The notes under the pieces: model-generated
What the model was told of the DNA's origin: nothing
Databases searched by the model: none
Seen by the model: only the letters and a program-made list of their open reading frames with translations
Shown: in pieces, positions 50,813-63,660 of the stretch
How the letters are laid out: each line of letters opens with the position of its first letter
Position numbering within the stretch: position 1 is the stretch's first letter
Assembly (NCBI RefSeq): GCF_022045235.1
Contig: NW_027266308.1
Coordinates: 58,590,001-58,654,000, forward strand
Origin: Haliotis cracherodii
Taxonomy: Eukaryota
DNA: 64,000 nucleotides
Reading direction: 5' to 3'
Translations under genes and position numbers: made by a program

Positions 50813-52028
50813 ACTCAATTAACTGATATACAGAAGCTTCTGAGTTTCCAGTTTCTGAACAAAATACAACTACACCTGTTTCAAATATTTACCAACAAAA
50901 CTCTACCTCGATAATTGTCATCATTTTATATATAATGGCATAATGTTAATATGTACTATTTGAGATAAGTAAAAGGTCGTCCTGAGATATTAAACGATAA
51001 GTATAACACTTTGCTTATAAAATTCACTGTTTCTTTCATCAGTCTGTGGCAGGGGAAGGCATTTTATGATATCTAATTTGTTGCATAATTATGTTTTCAA
51101 CTTGTCAAATTGTGAATTGTCCGATTTGAAAAATTAGTAAGTTTCGGATGTGAGTATTTCTTTTTATCATATAATGGGTAGGTTTCTCGGCAGGATAAAG
51201 CCAACGGATAAAAACGATATCCGTTGTGGTTATATGCGGATAGAGATGCAAAGATCAAAGGTCAAGTAGGACTACTTTCACTGTTTATAAACAAACATGG
51301 CGTCAGAATTAACCATTCGGAATCTGGATAAACTACAGGGATAATTGCTATCATTATCAAAAGAACAGTCTGATATACTGAAAATCAGTGTCTAACTGTG
51401 ACGTAGCTAAGGCATTTTATAAGTTTTGGCACCTTTGGAGATATAAATTTCGAAACAATATTTTGTGAGGGCACGAGGCCTAGCCAAGCGGGATCTGTAG
51501 CCATATCTGCGCTTGTAGACCAGCCATATCTGCGCTTGTAGACCTCTGCGGCTTGAAACCTACTCCACAAATCAAAATAGTTAGATTTGGCCGAAATATG
51601 TTTGAACTGTTACCTTGTTTCGTTTTGTCGCTGTGTGTACATCTGACTACACTTCTTAACGTTATGACAGGACAGACCGACTGTCAACAACGTCTGACCG
51701 TGGCCGTGACGTCTCATAGACTAGGGTTAGAGTAGCTTCCCTTTGACAAAGGGCAATTACTCTAGCGGACAGACCGGTGGAGTGCCACGAAAGGCAATTA
51801 AAAACAATTGTTGTTTTGCGTATATGTTGCTTCGCCACTGTATAAGAAACAGATTTCAGTTGGAACTATATTGGCTATTGTCACTGTCCGACTGACACAT
51901 CACTTACCCTGTGACGTAATAAATATTAATGCGCGCATTCCAGGAAAACTCGCAATGTTTCGGTAATGTTTGTGAGAGAGGGAAAGCGATTTTCAAGCAC
52001 AGAATTAAAGAATGACATTATATGATAA

Positions 52029-52180
52029 AGAGGTTATCACACTTGTGTGTTTGGGGATGGTAAATATCCTGCATTAGGAATAAACACTATGTATTTAGCT
52101 CGCCAAGGCTCGCTAAATACAATGTTTATTCCTAATGCAGGATATTTACCATCCCCAAACACACTCGCGTGATAACTTCT
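52029..52180. repeat. Long near-perfect palindrome (~65-70-bp arms); foldback/MITE-like
   Basis: GTGTGTTTGGGGATGGTAAATATCCTGCATTAGGAATAAACA pairs with TGTTTATTCCTAATGCAGGATATTTACCATCCCCAAACACAC. Confidence 0.9.
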
Positions 52181-52229
52181 ATATATCTAAGATAAATTCG
52201 AAATATGTATTAAATCTATTTTCATTGTC

Positions 52230-52495
52230 AATACCAAAAGACGTTAAAGATGGTACTTGTTGTTTTCCTGCCTGGCGTTCGGTATCAAGGGGCTAAAACA
52301 AGGACTGGTCGGCTCGGAGTCAGTAAATTGTGTCTGAGTTCGGCATTCATGTTAAACTGGGCCAGCACCATACAATCGGCAATATTCCGGACTGGTAAGA
52401 ACAGACAGACAGACACACACACACACACACATGCACGTCTCTATATCAGTGAAATAATCTTAGACATGACCTTAAACACCATTCACCATTCTGCT
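52230..52495 (+). mobile_element. SINE family D, 5'-truncated (partial duplicate at 60140-60238)
   Basis: ATACCAAAAGACGTTAAAGATGGTACTTG Meta-like domain. Confidence 0.75.
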
Positions 52496-53412
52496 TTTGT
52501 GTGAAGCTCTGAAATTAATCATACAAATTTGATAAAAAACCCATTTCTTTTGCGCATCATTTTATAAGTTTATCTTTGTTTCTTATAAACTACATGTATA
52601 ACTAATGGGTGGTTTTGCTTTTCCTGGCAATGTTGTGTCATGTCTGCCTATTCGTGCACTCCCGACTATGTTCTGAATTGAACCATTGTTTTATGATTTG
52701 TGCGAACTCCGACCGTTTTCCCTGGAATATATCACTTGATATACTCCCAACTTCAAACAAACAAAACGTCACAAGACTTATCGACATGCATACAGTCAGA
52801 AAAATCCCTTTAGTTATGGGTTGCTGTGAATGCATTCAGTTTACCAGAGCCTCTACCACGGCACCACACGTCATCGGTAAATGATGACTGCTGAGAAATG
52901 CATTCCACTGTGTTTATACATAGCTCTGTGATAACTTATAGAGGCTTTGACATCAACAGCACTCTCTAAAACATCCACGTCCTCACATCGAATAATGTGG
53001 TGCTGCTACTGATTTCGAATGAGTATGTTTTTACGCCCCTTTTAGCAATATTCAAGCAATATCACGACTGGGGGAGATGCTACTGGTGAATTGATTTAGT
53101 TAATTAAATAAATTACTAGTAAGCAACAGTTTCGTCATATTAACACATCAAGGTTTTAAAGACATGACCAACACGGATCTTTGAACTTGAAATAGGGGGT
53201 TGAGGGTAGGGGTTGGGGGGGGGGGGGGAGGGGGGGGGGGGGGGGGGGCGCAGATGTATATTTTCAAGGGAACGTAACAAGTGGTCCGGCTGTGAGATAA
53301 TGGAGAAATGCGTGCGAGGGTAGAGTGATCATAAAAAAACTAGGGTATCATTAGTGTAAAAAGTAGGTTACCTCCCTAACGCTTTGTCACGCACGTACGC
53401 GACATTCACGAG

Positions 53413-53421
53413 TATATAAAA
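53413..53421 (+). promoter_or_regulatory. Candidate TATA box of dioxygenase copy 1 (also at 61119-61127 in copy 2)
   Basis: TATATAAAA about 330 bp upstream of the ATG, retained in both duplicates; no transcript data. Confidence 0.35.
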
Positions 53422-53744
53422 CATGTTGATATAACAAGAACTCTTTATACCATCTTGGTTAATTCAGACGCAAATGTCTTCATCATTGAAGTAATAAATA
53501 TTCTCTACTCCACATCAGCAACTAGTTGGGCTTTTCGCAACGGCTTCGTCAAGGAACATTCACACAAAGCGAGCAGTGTCTAAAAGTAGCTATCGTGGTA
53601 CTTGAGGAATGTGATTCGTTCAAGGTCATAGAATTAGTGATAAACTATAAACACACAGCCTATCACCTGCCTTCCTGTCACTCGGTTATTACTTGTTACA
53701 ACGTCGTATCACGGTATTTACCTTGTGGTGGCTGAGGAACAATC

Positions 53745-56700
53745 ATGTCTACGACGGCAAAGCGCTACCCTGGGGATTGTGACGAAGCTTACCCCGAAGT
53801 TTTCACCGTTCCTCCACCCCAGCCAACTGAAGCAAAGCCAGGACAACTCACAAAGGCTCAAGTTGATCATTTCTTTGACAAGGTGAATGTTTTGTATAGT
53901 ATGTAAAATGTTTGAAGATAAAATGATTCTGCCTTTATTTAGTGTGTAAAGTAATAACTTTTTATTTTTTTCATCTTAACGAAGTAATGCACATTCAAAA
54001 AGGCTGTGTTTGATTGAAAAGATAATTAGCTACATAATTTTGTTTGTATTAAGTGGTTTCTGATTAGAAAATGAGCCTTACTCACTCACATTATCTTCAT
54101 GTTTTTTTTCCGTTCTTCGAAGAGTTCTGTATATACTGAATACAAAAAGGTAGGATCATGAATACTTGCTGGGATATCTTTTGGTAGTAAAGACTGAGCA
54201 TACAATTACATAAAAATATCCCCTCGAAATATGCACGATCCCCAAAATTTACTTGACAATGGAGGCGAAATAGAATAATAAAAGCGATGATCTGTTCTAA
54301 AAGATATTGATATGCTCCAGGGTTATCTGATAGTGGAGAAGTTCTTCTCCAAGGAGGAACTGGATCCTTGCAGAGAAGCCATAGAGAAACAAGTTGAAGA
54401 TCTCGCTCAGAAGTTGTACAAAGGAGGAAAGATTAAAAGTATGTTATTTCTACAGAGGATTTCTACAGTTGTATTTTAAAAATGTTCCAATTCACTATGC
54501 TTTTTTCGCTATCTAGATTGACAAATTCATGTTCAACAATGATATAAAATCCGTTCATCTATGCTTTATGTCTGATCCCATAACAAATTAATTCGAGCCG
54601 TGAAGATCCGGGAAAGAATAGGTCTTCAGCAACCCATGACTGTCATAAACAGGCGACTATGCTTGTAATAGGCGACTAACATGATCGGGTGGTCTGGCTC
54701 GCTGACTTGGTTGATGCATTTCATCGTATCCCAATTGCGTGGATCGATGCTCATGACACCAATCACTGGATTGTATCATCCAGACTCGATTATTTACAGA
54801 CTACCGTCATATAGCTGGAATATTGCTGAGTGTGGCGTTAAACAAACAAACAAACAAAATGACAAACAATTTAATACATGTATGTATCTTTTCAGATTTA
54901 TACGAGGACAAAGGGTTGTTTGAGCGCTTGTCGTGTATTGAGAAAGAGTTTCCCGGTGCCAATATACTCTTACATAAAGCAGGGAAACTACCTCCGGTGC
55001 GTGGATATTAAAAGTCGATTAAAACCATTCTTGGACAATGGTTATTTTCAGTATTACGATTATAATTAACAATGTGTTCATTACGAATTGGGAGCACCGG
55101 TGGCCTAGTCGTCTAAGGCGCCGCAGGGTTGCGTTCCTTGGGCACGCCAGAAACCTATGATTGTGGCTTAGAATCCCGGTTCGCCCCGATTATGTTTCTA
55201 GGTTTGTGAGCACATTACCCGTGCTTGTGGGTTTCATCAAAGTGCTGAACGTCTGACACATTCATCACTTCGGGCTTTCCTCCCACATTAAGTTGACACG
55301 CTGTGTATGACTGGAATACTGTTCAAAGCGGCGTCAAATCCAACGCACTCCCTCATGACTACTTTTCTTTTGAATGATAGGCCTTCCGTGCAGTTTGGAG
55401 CAATGACCGACTCTTGAATTTGGTTGAACAACTGATTGGACCCAAAATAGCCGGACATCCAGTTTGGAACCTGCGGACAAAAACACCAAAGAACAACGCC
55501 ACTACTGTGCCGTGGCATCAAGGTGAATAGAGGTTGCATCTCATCAAGAATTCACTTATTGCTTTATTTAACAAATATTTCTTTCAGATCGTCCCAGCAA
55601 TGCTGATGTTGATAACGATATAAGACGATTTGTTTTCATTTAAGATTCTGGTTACCTTGACAACGAGTCTTACAAAGTCCTGCAACCAACGGCTTGGGTT
55701 CCGCTTCTGGATGCCAATGCACAAAATGGATGCATGGAGGTTAGCAACGATACATAGCTTTAAATATCATGTATGTAGCTAGACTGTATACTATGTCCAA
55801 ATCGACCCAATCCCATTGTCCATTCGGCACGCCAGAAATTTATGAAATTCCCATCCCGGTTCGCCCTAATTATATATTTCTAGGTTAGTCAGCACCATAC
55901 CCGTGCTCGTGGTTTCATCAAAGTGGTAAACGTCCGAGATCTGCATCACTTCGGGCTTTACTCCCACATTAAGCTGACACGTCGTGATATGCTAGGATAC
56001 TACTCAAAGCTTAAACCCAAGTCACCTACTCATTCATTTCAACAAAGATATTCGGGAAAAGCCAATGCACTACACATGTCATTCACTGTCTGGTGTAATT
56101 CAAAGCTCCTTGGTTCCCAGGTCGTATCCGGCGGTCACCGACCAGGTCGCATCTGTCGTCACACGTGCTGCTGGGCGGACACGTGGTATGTGGAACTTGC
56201 AGAGGACGAGATGGTGAAGACTCTGGGTAAGATGTGAATCCCATTCTTATTGCACTGCATTAAATAAGTATATTAGGCAAGACATATGTTTAACTGTCGT
56301 TACGTATTGTATTATCTTTACAAACACACATCCATATGCGATACCCATTCATTGGTGAATATTGTATGTGAATATTGTATGCATTCAACAGGGCATGGGC
56401 GGTACTACATTCATCAATGCACCTAAGTAATATCCCGTTCTTAGGTAAATGGGAACTTAGTATCATAGAAACACGTTTTCACTCCATGGCAATTGTAAAA
56501 TGTAATTAGTAGGGACAAATATACAAAAGTTAAATACCTCTACTTCCTCCTTAAAAAAGGTTTCTCATTTATCAAAACGGTTTAAGATTACCCCGTAGGT
56601 AAACGCTTCTTGATAATTGCCAGTGCTATCTGTGTAGAGGAGTAACGGAAACAAATACTATTGACACATGTAACGCTTGTGACAGCAGCCTTCTTGATGA

Positions 56701-57440
56701 CTATAAACACAACATTACATGAACAGAACTTGTGCAAGGACCACGTCGATATACCAAAGTTATATCAGGCGAGTTAAATTTGTGTAATACCGAATTGTGA
56801 ATCATGTTACACCGACACAACATCAAAATGTTGGGTTTTGTCATGACCGATCGTCAGCTGAGTGCCAAGGTGAGTGCCAGTGAGTTGATATCAGACACTG
56901 CTGTATTGTTCCAGGTGTGGACCTGGAAAAAGACATCAAACTGTGCCCAATTCCCTACGGCGGGATGCTTTTGATCAACAACATGATCCCCCATAGAAGG
57001 TAACGCAGTACTTAATACGGTAACGCATTGTATTGTAATATTGATATACCTAAATGCACATACATAAGACAAACGTTTAACCATATAACTCAATTGAAAT
57101 ATTCGCTTAATTTTGGAAATAACGGTATAAATATTTACTTTATGCAGTCTGCCGAATGTTTCCAACGAGATCCGGTGGAGCATGGACCTGCGTTGGCAGG
57201 ATCCCGCTAAACCTTACGGCTTTTATGGCCTGAAGGAGGGGATTCTGATGAGAGATCCATCCAAGCCTGACCACAAGATTGACTGGTCGCCATTTGAGTC
57301 TGTGGACAGACACGAAACCGCCAAAGAAGTGTTGAACGAAGTGAAAGAGGTATTGTTTGTTTAGTCTGCTTTGAATAATACGAAGAAGGAAATAGTGAAT
57401 ATTACTTATAAAGGTATCGATAGTAATTGTTCAATCGAAG

Positions 57441-57510
<70 letters not shown>

Positions 57511-58654
57511 ATGAACATGGAAACATTGTAAACATACAGGTGAACAAGGAAACATTGTAAACGTACATGAACATGGCAACATTGTAAACCTACATGAACA
57601 TGGAAACAGTGTAGACATACAAATGAACATGGAGACAGTGCAAACACACAGCTGAACTTGGAAACATTGTAAACATGCAGGTGAACATGGAAACATTGTA
57701 AACGTACATGAACATGGCAACATTGTAAACGTACAGGTGAACATGGAAACATAGTAAACATAGTAAACATGAACATGCCGATACAGTAAACATACTTGGG
57801 GTCCCATTGAAACAAAATATGGTGTCATGAAAAGGTGAAACATACGTGCCAAATTGATGTGCAGCTTACAGAGCCAAGGATAAAAGTATTTTGAGAGAGA
57901 CCATACGAGCACAGTAAAAAAATATCGCAAACAAGGAACATATATTTGTGTTTAATGCCACAACTCGAAAAACAAAACTGATTGAACAAAACTGATTGTG
58001 CCGTGGCCGTAGACAGCCTTTTTTCAATTAGGCACCATTATAAAAATCCAATTCGAACATCTTTTCAATATTTCCCCAATTACACATTAGAATAATGATT
58101 TTTGTGTGAATGATTTATATTTCCACATAACCTCATCAAATAATCATCCTTGTAATGTATTGTCCATCTTCAAATCTGCTTTTTAACAATTGCTTATTGT
58201 GTAGTCCATGACAGGTTGTATGATCAGATAGCTTACGTCAAGCTGACGAGTACCCATATGACTCATGAGTCCCATTGGAAACGGTGATAAGACTTATTCG
58301 TTCAGTAAATCTAAGTACTTTACAAAAACCGCTTGTAGACCTATAATGAACCGTAACAAATGTTATAATTGGGATAACGCTTCCTTTGTGAAGTGGGGCG
58401 GTCGGGTAACCTAGTGGTAAATAGACAAATGGCGTAACGAACAACTTCTCAGGCCAAACTAGGTTTGGTGGTAATGGTAGATGACCCGGCATTGGAAAAG
58501 TGTCGTAGTATATTAACCCTATGTGTTGTAGGACGATGCCTTCGAAACCACGATTCAGGGCCCCCATATGGAGAAGTGGGAAATGACGCACGAGAACCGA
58601 CACACAGCCAAACTCGTGAAGGGAAAGTCTTACAGCAGCTGGCACAAGGCATGA
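53745..58654 (+). CDS. PhyH-family (phytanoyl-CoA dioxygenase-like) Fe(II)/2-oxoglutarate dioxygenase, copy 1 (369 aa)
   Basis: Exons 53745-53882, 54321-54438, 54896-54996, 55381-55522, 55645-55739, 56121-56226, 56915-56999, 57148-57349, 58532-58654; all GT-AG; 1110-nt open frame. Motifs GYLIVEKFF, PWHQD, AWVPLLDANAQNGCM, GGH, PHRSLPN, RWSMDLR (HxD...H triad plus 2OG-binding Arg). Confidence 0.92.
54597..54857 (+). mobile_element. Retroposon family C in intron 2 (shared with copy 2 at 62297-62552)
   Basis: Family C head, body and tail. Confidence 0.85.
55090..55355 (+). mobile_element. SINE family B in intron 3 (shared with copy 2 at 62778-63022)
   Basis: Family B homology. Confidence 0.85.
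55825..56035 (+). mobile_element. SINE family B fragment in intron 5 (shared with copy 2 at 63845-64000)
   Basis: Family B homology. Confidence 0.75.
57443..57790. repeat. (TG)n followed by a ~27-29-bp minisatellite (CATGAACATGGAAACATTGTAAAC...)
   Basis: Direct; the same minisatellite occurs in reverse orientation between gaps at 48540-48780. Confidence 0.85.
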
Positions 58655-59332
58655 CACGGAGGCTGACTTTATCATGACGTCATGCTGATGAATATTTTTG
58701 CATATTAATTCTTGATGAGAAAGTTTAGTATTAATGTTGGACCAAGTACATATACATAAGCACAGAAGTGTGACTGTCATAATAGTTTCACGAAACACGA
58801 GTCCGAAAAATAATTTCTGTCATCCACACTGTGATATTAGCAGCCCTGAAAGAAATAGTTTCTGTATTGAATACGTGCAAGCTAACATTGCAACAAGACT
58901 TCAACAATGACAGTATAAACTGTGTCGTCATGGCAAATGGCGTAGCCAATCCTGTGTGTGTCATATGTCAACAATGCCGCCTGCATTACGTCATCAAGGT
59001 TGCAGGGTTTCTGGACTAATTCGGCCATGTAAGCTTGGTCTGGATTCACATTAGTTCGCTCTTCTTGAAACATATAGGTAATAAACATATATTATTTACT
59101 TCATGTTGGTTATTTATGTCAATTGGAGTTGAACTTGGTCACATTCATATTTAGACACGTTACCTCTCCTCGATTTTTAATACTTAACGCAGGCATACTA
59201 TAGCTGTAGCGCCAGACACTGTCCAGGAATATCCAGCATATATCACCTTTAACGCTAATCTCTCTGACTCTCGTTGCTCTTTTTTTAAATGTTTGTTTTA
59301 AGTTCGGTGGTCGATACACCTCTCCTGTTTTT

Positions 59333-59577
59333 GTCGTCTAAAGCGCCGCAATTCGCTGTTCCAATGCAGCTTTCCTTAGGATTGCTAGAAAGTTATGATC
59401 GTTGGTTCGAATCCCTATTATCCCTGATTATGTTTCTAGGTTTGTCAGCACCATGCCCGTAATTACGGGTTAACGTCTAAGACCTGCATAATTTCGGGCT
59501 TTCCTCCCACAAGGCTGACAGGCGGTGACATAACTGGAATACTGTCCAAAGCTAAACCAAACGCGCTCACTCACTCT
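59333..59577 (+). mobile_element. SINE family B, diverged
   Basis: GGTTCGAATCCC box B and family B body and tail. Confidence 0.75.
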
Positions 59578-61501
59578 TTCAGTACAAGTGTAGGGTTCAC
59601 AACAATTCCGTCTCTGACGTTCCTACTTAGATCATTCTTGTTAATAATATGTTTACTTTTAATTACTGACGTGAATACGTCACAGAGAACGTAGTAACTT
59701 TCCCGCATGGGATACGAGAAACGAACCATCTGGCAACATTATGCTGTCTCGTTAATGTTTTACTCCGATGCAATACCTCTCTGCTCGAGGATCTGAGGAT
59801 CAGCGCCAACGAAAGTCCCGTCAGGTAAATGAACCAATCAGCGTCGATGTTGCTAAATTCTTAGTAAAAATGATCGAAACATTCGGACCATCATATCTGA
59901 TTTCAGCACCTCGAAAAGAACTTAAACGACAAATTCCTAAAGTAGAAAGTATAGCGGCGCCATTATATTGTTACGCCCCCCCCCCCCCCCCCCCACACAC
60001 ACACTTCACGAGATGATATATTTATTATATACTTTTTGTGTAGTTTCCCCCCGGACAATTATAGTGTAAAGTGTAAGTTTCGGATGTTAGTATCTTTTTT
60101 ATATCTAAGATAAATATGTTTAAAATCTATTTTCTTTGTCAATACCAAGAGACGTTAAAAGATGGTACTTGTTGTTATCCTGCCTGGCTTTCGGTATTAA
60201 GGGGCTAAAACAAGGACTAGTCGGCTCGGAGTCAGTATTGTTATAAGGTTAAAATGCGTCTCAAAAACATTAGAAAATGGTAACAAATAAAACCGTTATA
60301 GCTGCAATGAGGAGTTGCATTAGAGATACAAAGTGACAGAGAACCTTTAGTTCGAAAGGAATTAATAGATAAAAGACATTTCACATTTAACACAAGTGTA
60401 TTCTTGACATTTCATATTTATCATTGGATTGGTTCCATTGTATCGTCAATTAGTTAATGAAACAAGCAGAGATGCAAGTTATGTTTCATTTTTAGCAGTC
60501 GGAGTGATGAGCAATCTGGCACGTAGGCTTGGTATTTTTTCGATTACGACACCCATGAGTTCATGGTCAGATCTAACTTTTATCTAATCAAAATGAGGTA
60601 TTGTGACATGTGATAAAGACAGGCCAGGCCCGAACACTGTAACATGATACCCTAACATTAGGAGAGGAGAGCGCGGTTTGCAATCGATCGAGTTTTCCCG
60701 ATTGACGAGTCTGGCCAGTCAGATGCTGTCCTGTATTGATAGATGGACTGAGTAAGTAAAACTATGTGAGTATAAAGCTGGTGTTGCGTTTCTTTATTAT
60801 GCGCTTGTGAATGCTGATAAAGTCAACTTGGAGTAAGCGTCGTTAAACCAATCACTCCTTGACGGAGCCGAGCCGATGCTGACAAGTCGAGTTGCAAAGT
60901 CATGGCTTAACTTACTATGATGACCATGGGTTGGTGAGGGGTTGGGGGGTGGCGTAGCAGATGTATGTTTTCAAGGGAACGTAACAAGTGGTCCGGCTGT
61001 GAGATAGTGGAGAAATACATGTGAGGGTAAAGTGATCATAAAAAAATAGGGTACCATTAGTGTAATAAGTGGGATACCGCCCGAACGCTTTGTCACACAC
61101 ATAGGCAACATTCACGAGTATATAAAACATGTTGATATAACATGAACTCTTTATACCATCTTGGTTAATTCAGACGCAAATGTCTTCATCTCTTCATCTA
61201 TGAAGTAACAAATCTTCTCTACTCAGCATCAGCAACTAGTTGGGCTTTTCGCAACGGTATCGTCTGGGAACATTCACACAGAGCGAGCAGTGTCTAAAAG
61301 TAACTATCGAGGTACTTGAGGAATGTGATTCGTTCAAAGTCATAGAATTAGTGATAAACTATAAACACCCAGCCTGTCACCTGCCTTCCTGTCACTCTGT
61401 TATTGCTTGTTACAACGTCGTATCACGGTATTTACCCTGTGGCGGCTGAGGTATTACTGGTATAGGCATTATTGGTCACACATTGTAGAAGAGGAACAAT
61501 C

Positions 61502-63423
61502 ATGTCGACGACGGCAAAGCGCTACCCCGGAGATTGTGACGAAGCTTACCCCGAAGTTTTCACCGTTGCTCCACCCCAGCCAACGGAAGCAAAGCCAGGA
61601 CAACTCACAAAGGCTCAGGTTGATCATTTCTTTGACAAGGTGAATGTTTGAGGATAAAATGATTCTACCTTTATTTAGTGTGTAAAGTAATCATTTATCA
61701 TTTTTTTCATCTTAACGAAGTAATGCACATTCAAAAAGGCTGTGTTTGATTGAAAAGACAATTTGTATTAAGTGGTTTCTGAGTAGAAAATGAGCCTTAC
61801 TCACTCACATGTTTTACGTTCTTTCTGTATATACTGAATACAAAAAGGTAGGATCAGGAAATACTTGCTGGGATATCGTTTGATAGTGAAGACTGAGCAT
61901 ACAATTACATAAAAATATCCCCCCGAAATATGCATGATCCCCAACACTTACTTGACAATGGAGACGAAATAGAATCATTATAGCGATGATCTGTTGTAAA
62001 AGATATTGATATGCTCCAGGGTTATCTGATAGTGGAGAAGTTCTTCTCCAAGGAGGAACTGGATCCTTGCAGAGAAGCCATAGAGAAACAAGTTGAAGAT
62101 CTCGATCAGAAATTGTACAAAGGAGGAAAGATTAAAAGTATGTTATTTCAACAGGGGAAACACGTGGTTATACTTTTAAAATGTTCCAATTCACAGTGCT
62201 TTTTTGGCTATCTAGATTGACAAATTCATGTTCAACAATGATATAAAATCCGTTCACCAACGCTCTCTGTCTGATCCCATAACAAATTAATTCGAGCCGT
62301 GAAGATCCGGGCGAGAATAGATCTTCAGCAACCCATGACTGCCATAACAGGCGACTATGCTTGTAATAGGCGACTAACAGGATCGGGTGGTCAGGCTCGC
62401 TGACTTGGTTGATGCATTTCATCGTATCCCAATTGCGTGGATCGATGCTGATGACGCCAATCACTGGATTATATTATCCAGACTCGATTATTTACAGACC
62501 ACCATCATATAGCTGGAATATTGCTGAGTGTGGCGTAAAACAAACAAGACAAACAATTTAATACATGTATGTATCTTTTCAGATTTATACGAGGACAAAG
62601 GGTTGTTTGAGCGCTTGTCGTTTATTGAGAAAGAGTTTCCCGATGCCAATATACTCTCACATAAAGCAAGGAAATTTCCTCCGGTACGTGGATATCAAAG
62701 GTCGATTAAAACCATTCTTGGACAATGGTTCTTTTCAGTATTACGATTATAATTAACAATGTGTTCATTACGAATTGGGAGCACCGGTGGCCTAGTCGTC
62801 TAAGGCGCCGCAGAGTTGCGTTCCTTGGGCACGCCAGAAACCCGTGATTGTGGTTATAATCCCGATTCGCCCCGATTATTTTTCTAGGTTTGTGAGCACA
62901 TTACCCGTGCTTGTGGGTTTCATCAAAGTGCTAAACGTCTGACAGATTCATCGCTTCGGGCTTTCCTCCCACATTAAGCTGGAATACTGTTAAAAGCGGC
63001 GTCAAATCCAACGCACTCCCTCATGACTACTTTTCTTTTGAATGATAGGCCTTCCGTGCAGTTTGGAGCAATGACCGACTCCTGAATTTGGTTGAACAAC
63101 TAATTGGACCCCAAATAGCCGAACATCCAGTTTGGAACCTGCGGACAAAAACACCAAAGAACAACGCAACTACTGTGCCGTGGCATCAAGGTGAATAGAG
63201 GCTGCATCTCATCATATAGTAACCTTACAACGAACTGACTTTTTGCTTTATTTAATACACATTTCTTTCAGATCGTTCCAACAATGCTGATGTTGATAAC
63301 GATATAAGACGATTTGTTTTCATTTAAGATTCTGGTTACCTTGACAACGAGTCTTACAAAGTCCTGCAACCAGCGGCCTGGGTTCTGCTTCTAGATGCCA
63401 ATGCTCAAAATGGATGCATGGAG
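61502..63423 (+). CDS. PhyH-family dioxygenase, copy 2 (exons 1-5; continues beyond the window)
   Basis: Exons 61502-61639, 62020-62137, 62583-62683, 63049-63190, 63329-63423; same sizes as copy 1, open frame, PWHQD kept; 11 amino-acid differences in 198 codons. Confidence 0.8.
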
Positions 63424-63484
63424 GTTAGTAACGATACATAGATTTAAATATCATGTATGTAGACTATATGTTATGTATTAATCG

Positions 63485-63660
63485 ACCCGTGAAGATCAAG
63501 GTAGAGAATATGTTTTCAGCAATCCATACTTGTCGTAAGAGGCAACTAACGGGATCGAGTGGTGAGGGACGCTGACTTGGTTGATGCATGTCATCGTATC
63601 CAAAATGCTGACATTGATACTCATGATGTCAATCACTGGATTGTCTCAACAAACAAACTG
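63485..63660 (+). mobile_element. Retroposon family C in intron 5 of copy 2 only
   Basis: ACCCGTGAAGATC... present after ATCGACCC in copy 2, absent at the same site in copy 1 (55801). Confidence 0.7.

Noticed and set aside
53526-53735. 69-aa ORF conserved upstream of both dioxygenase copies
   Set aside because: TTG start, no recognisable domain; similarity follows from the recent tandem duplication.
55381-55739. Dioxygenase as a non-haem halogenase
   Set aside because: The carboxylate of the HxD motif (HQD) is present in both copies; halogenases replace it with Ala/Gly.
58238-58798. 186-aa minus-strand ORF
   Set aside because: Antisense shadow of dioxygenase exon 9 and a SINE-head fragment; no independent coding signal.
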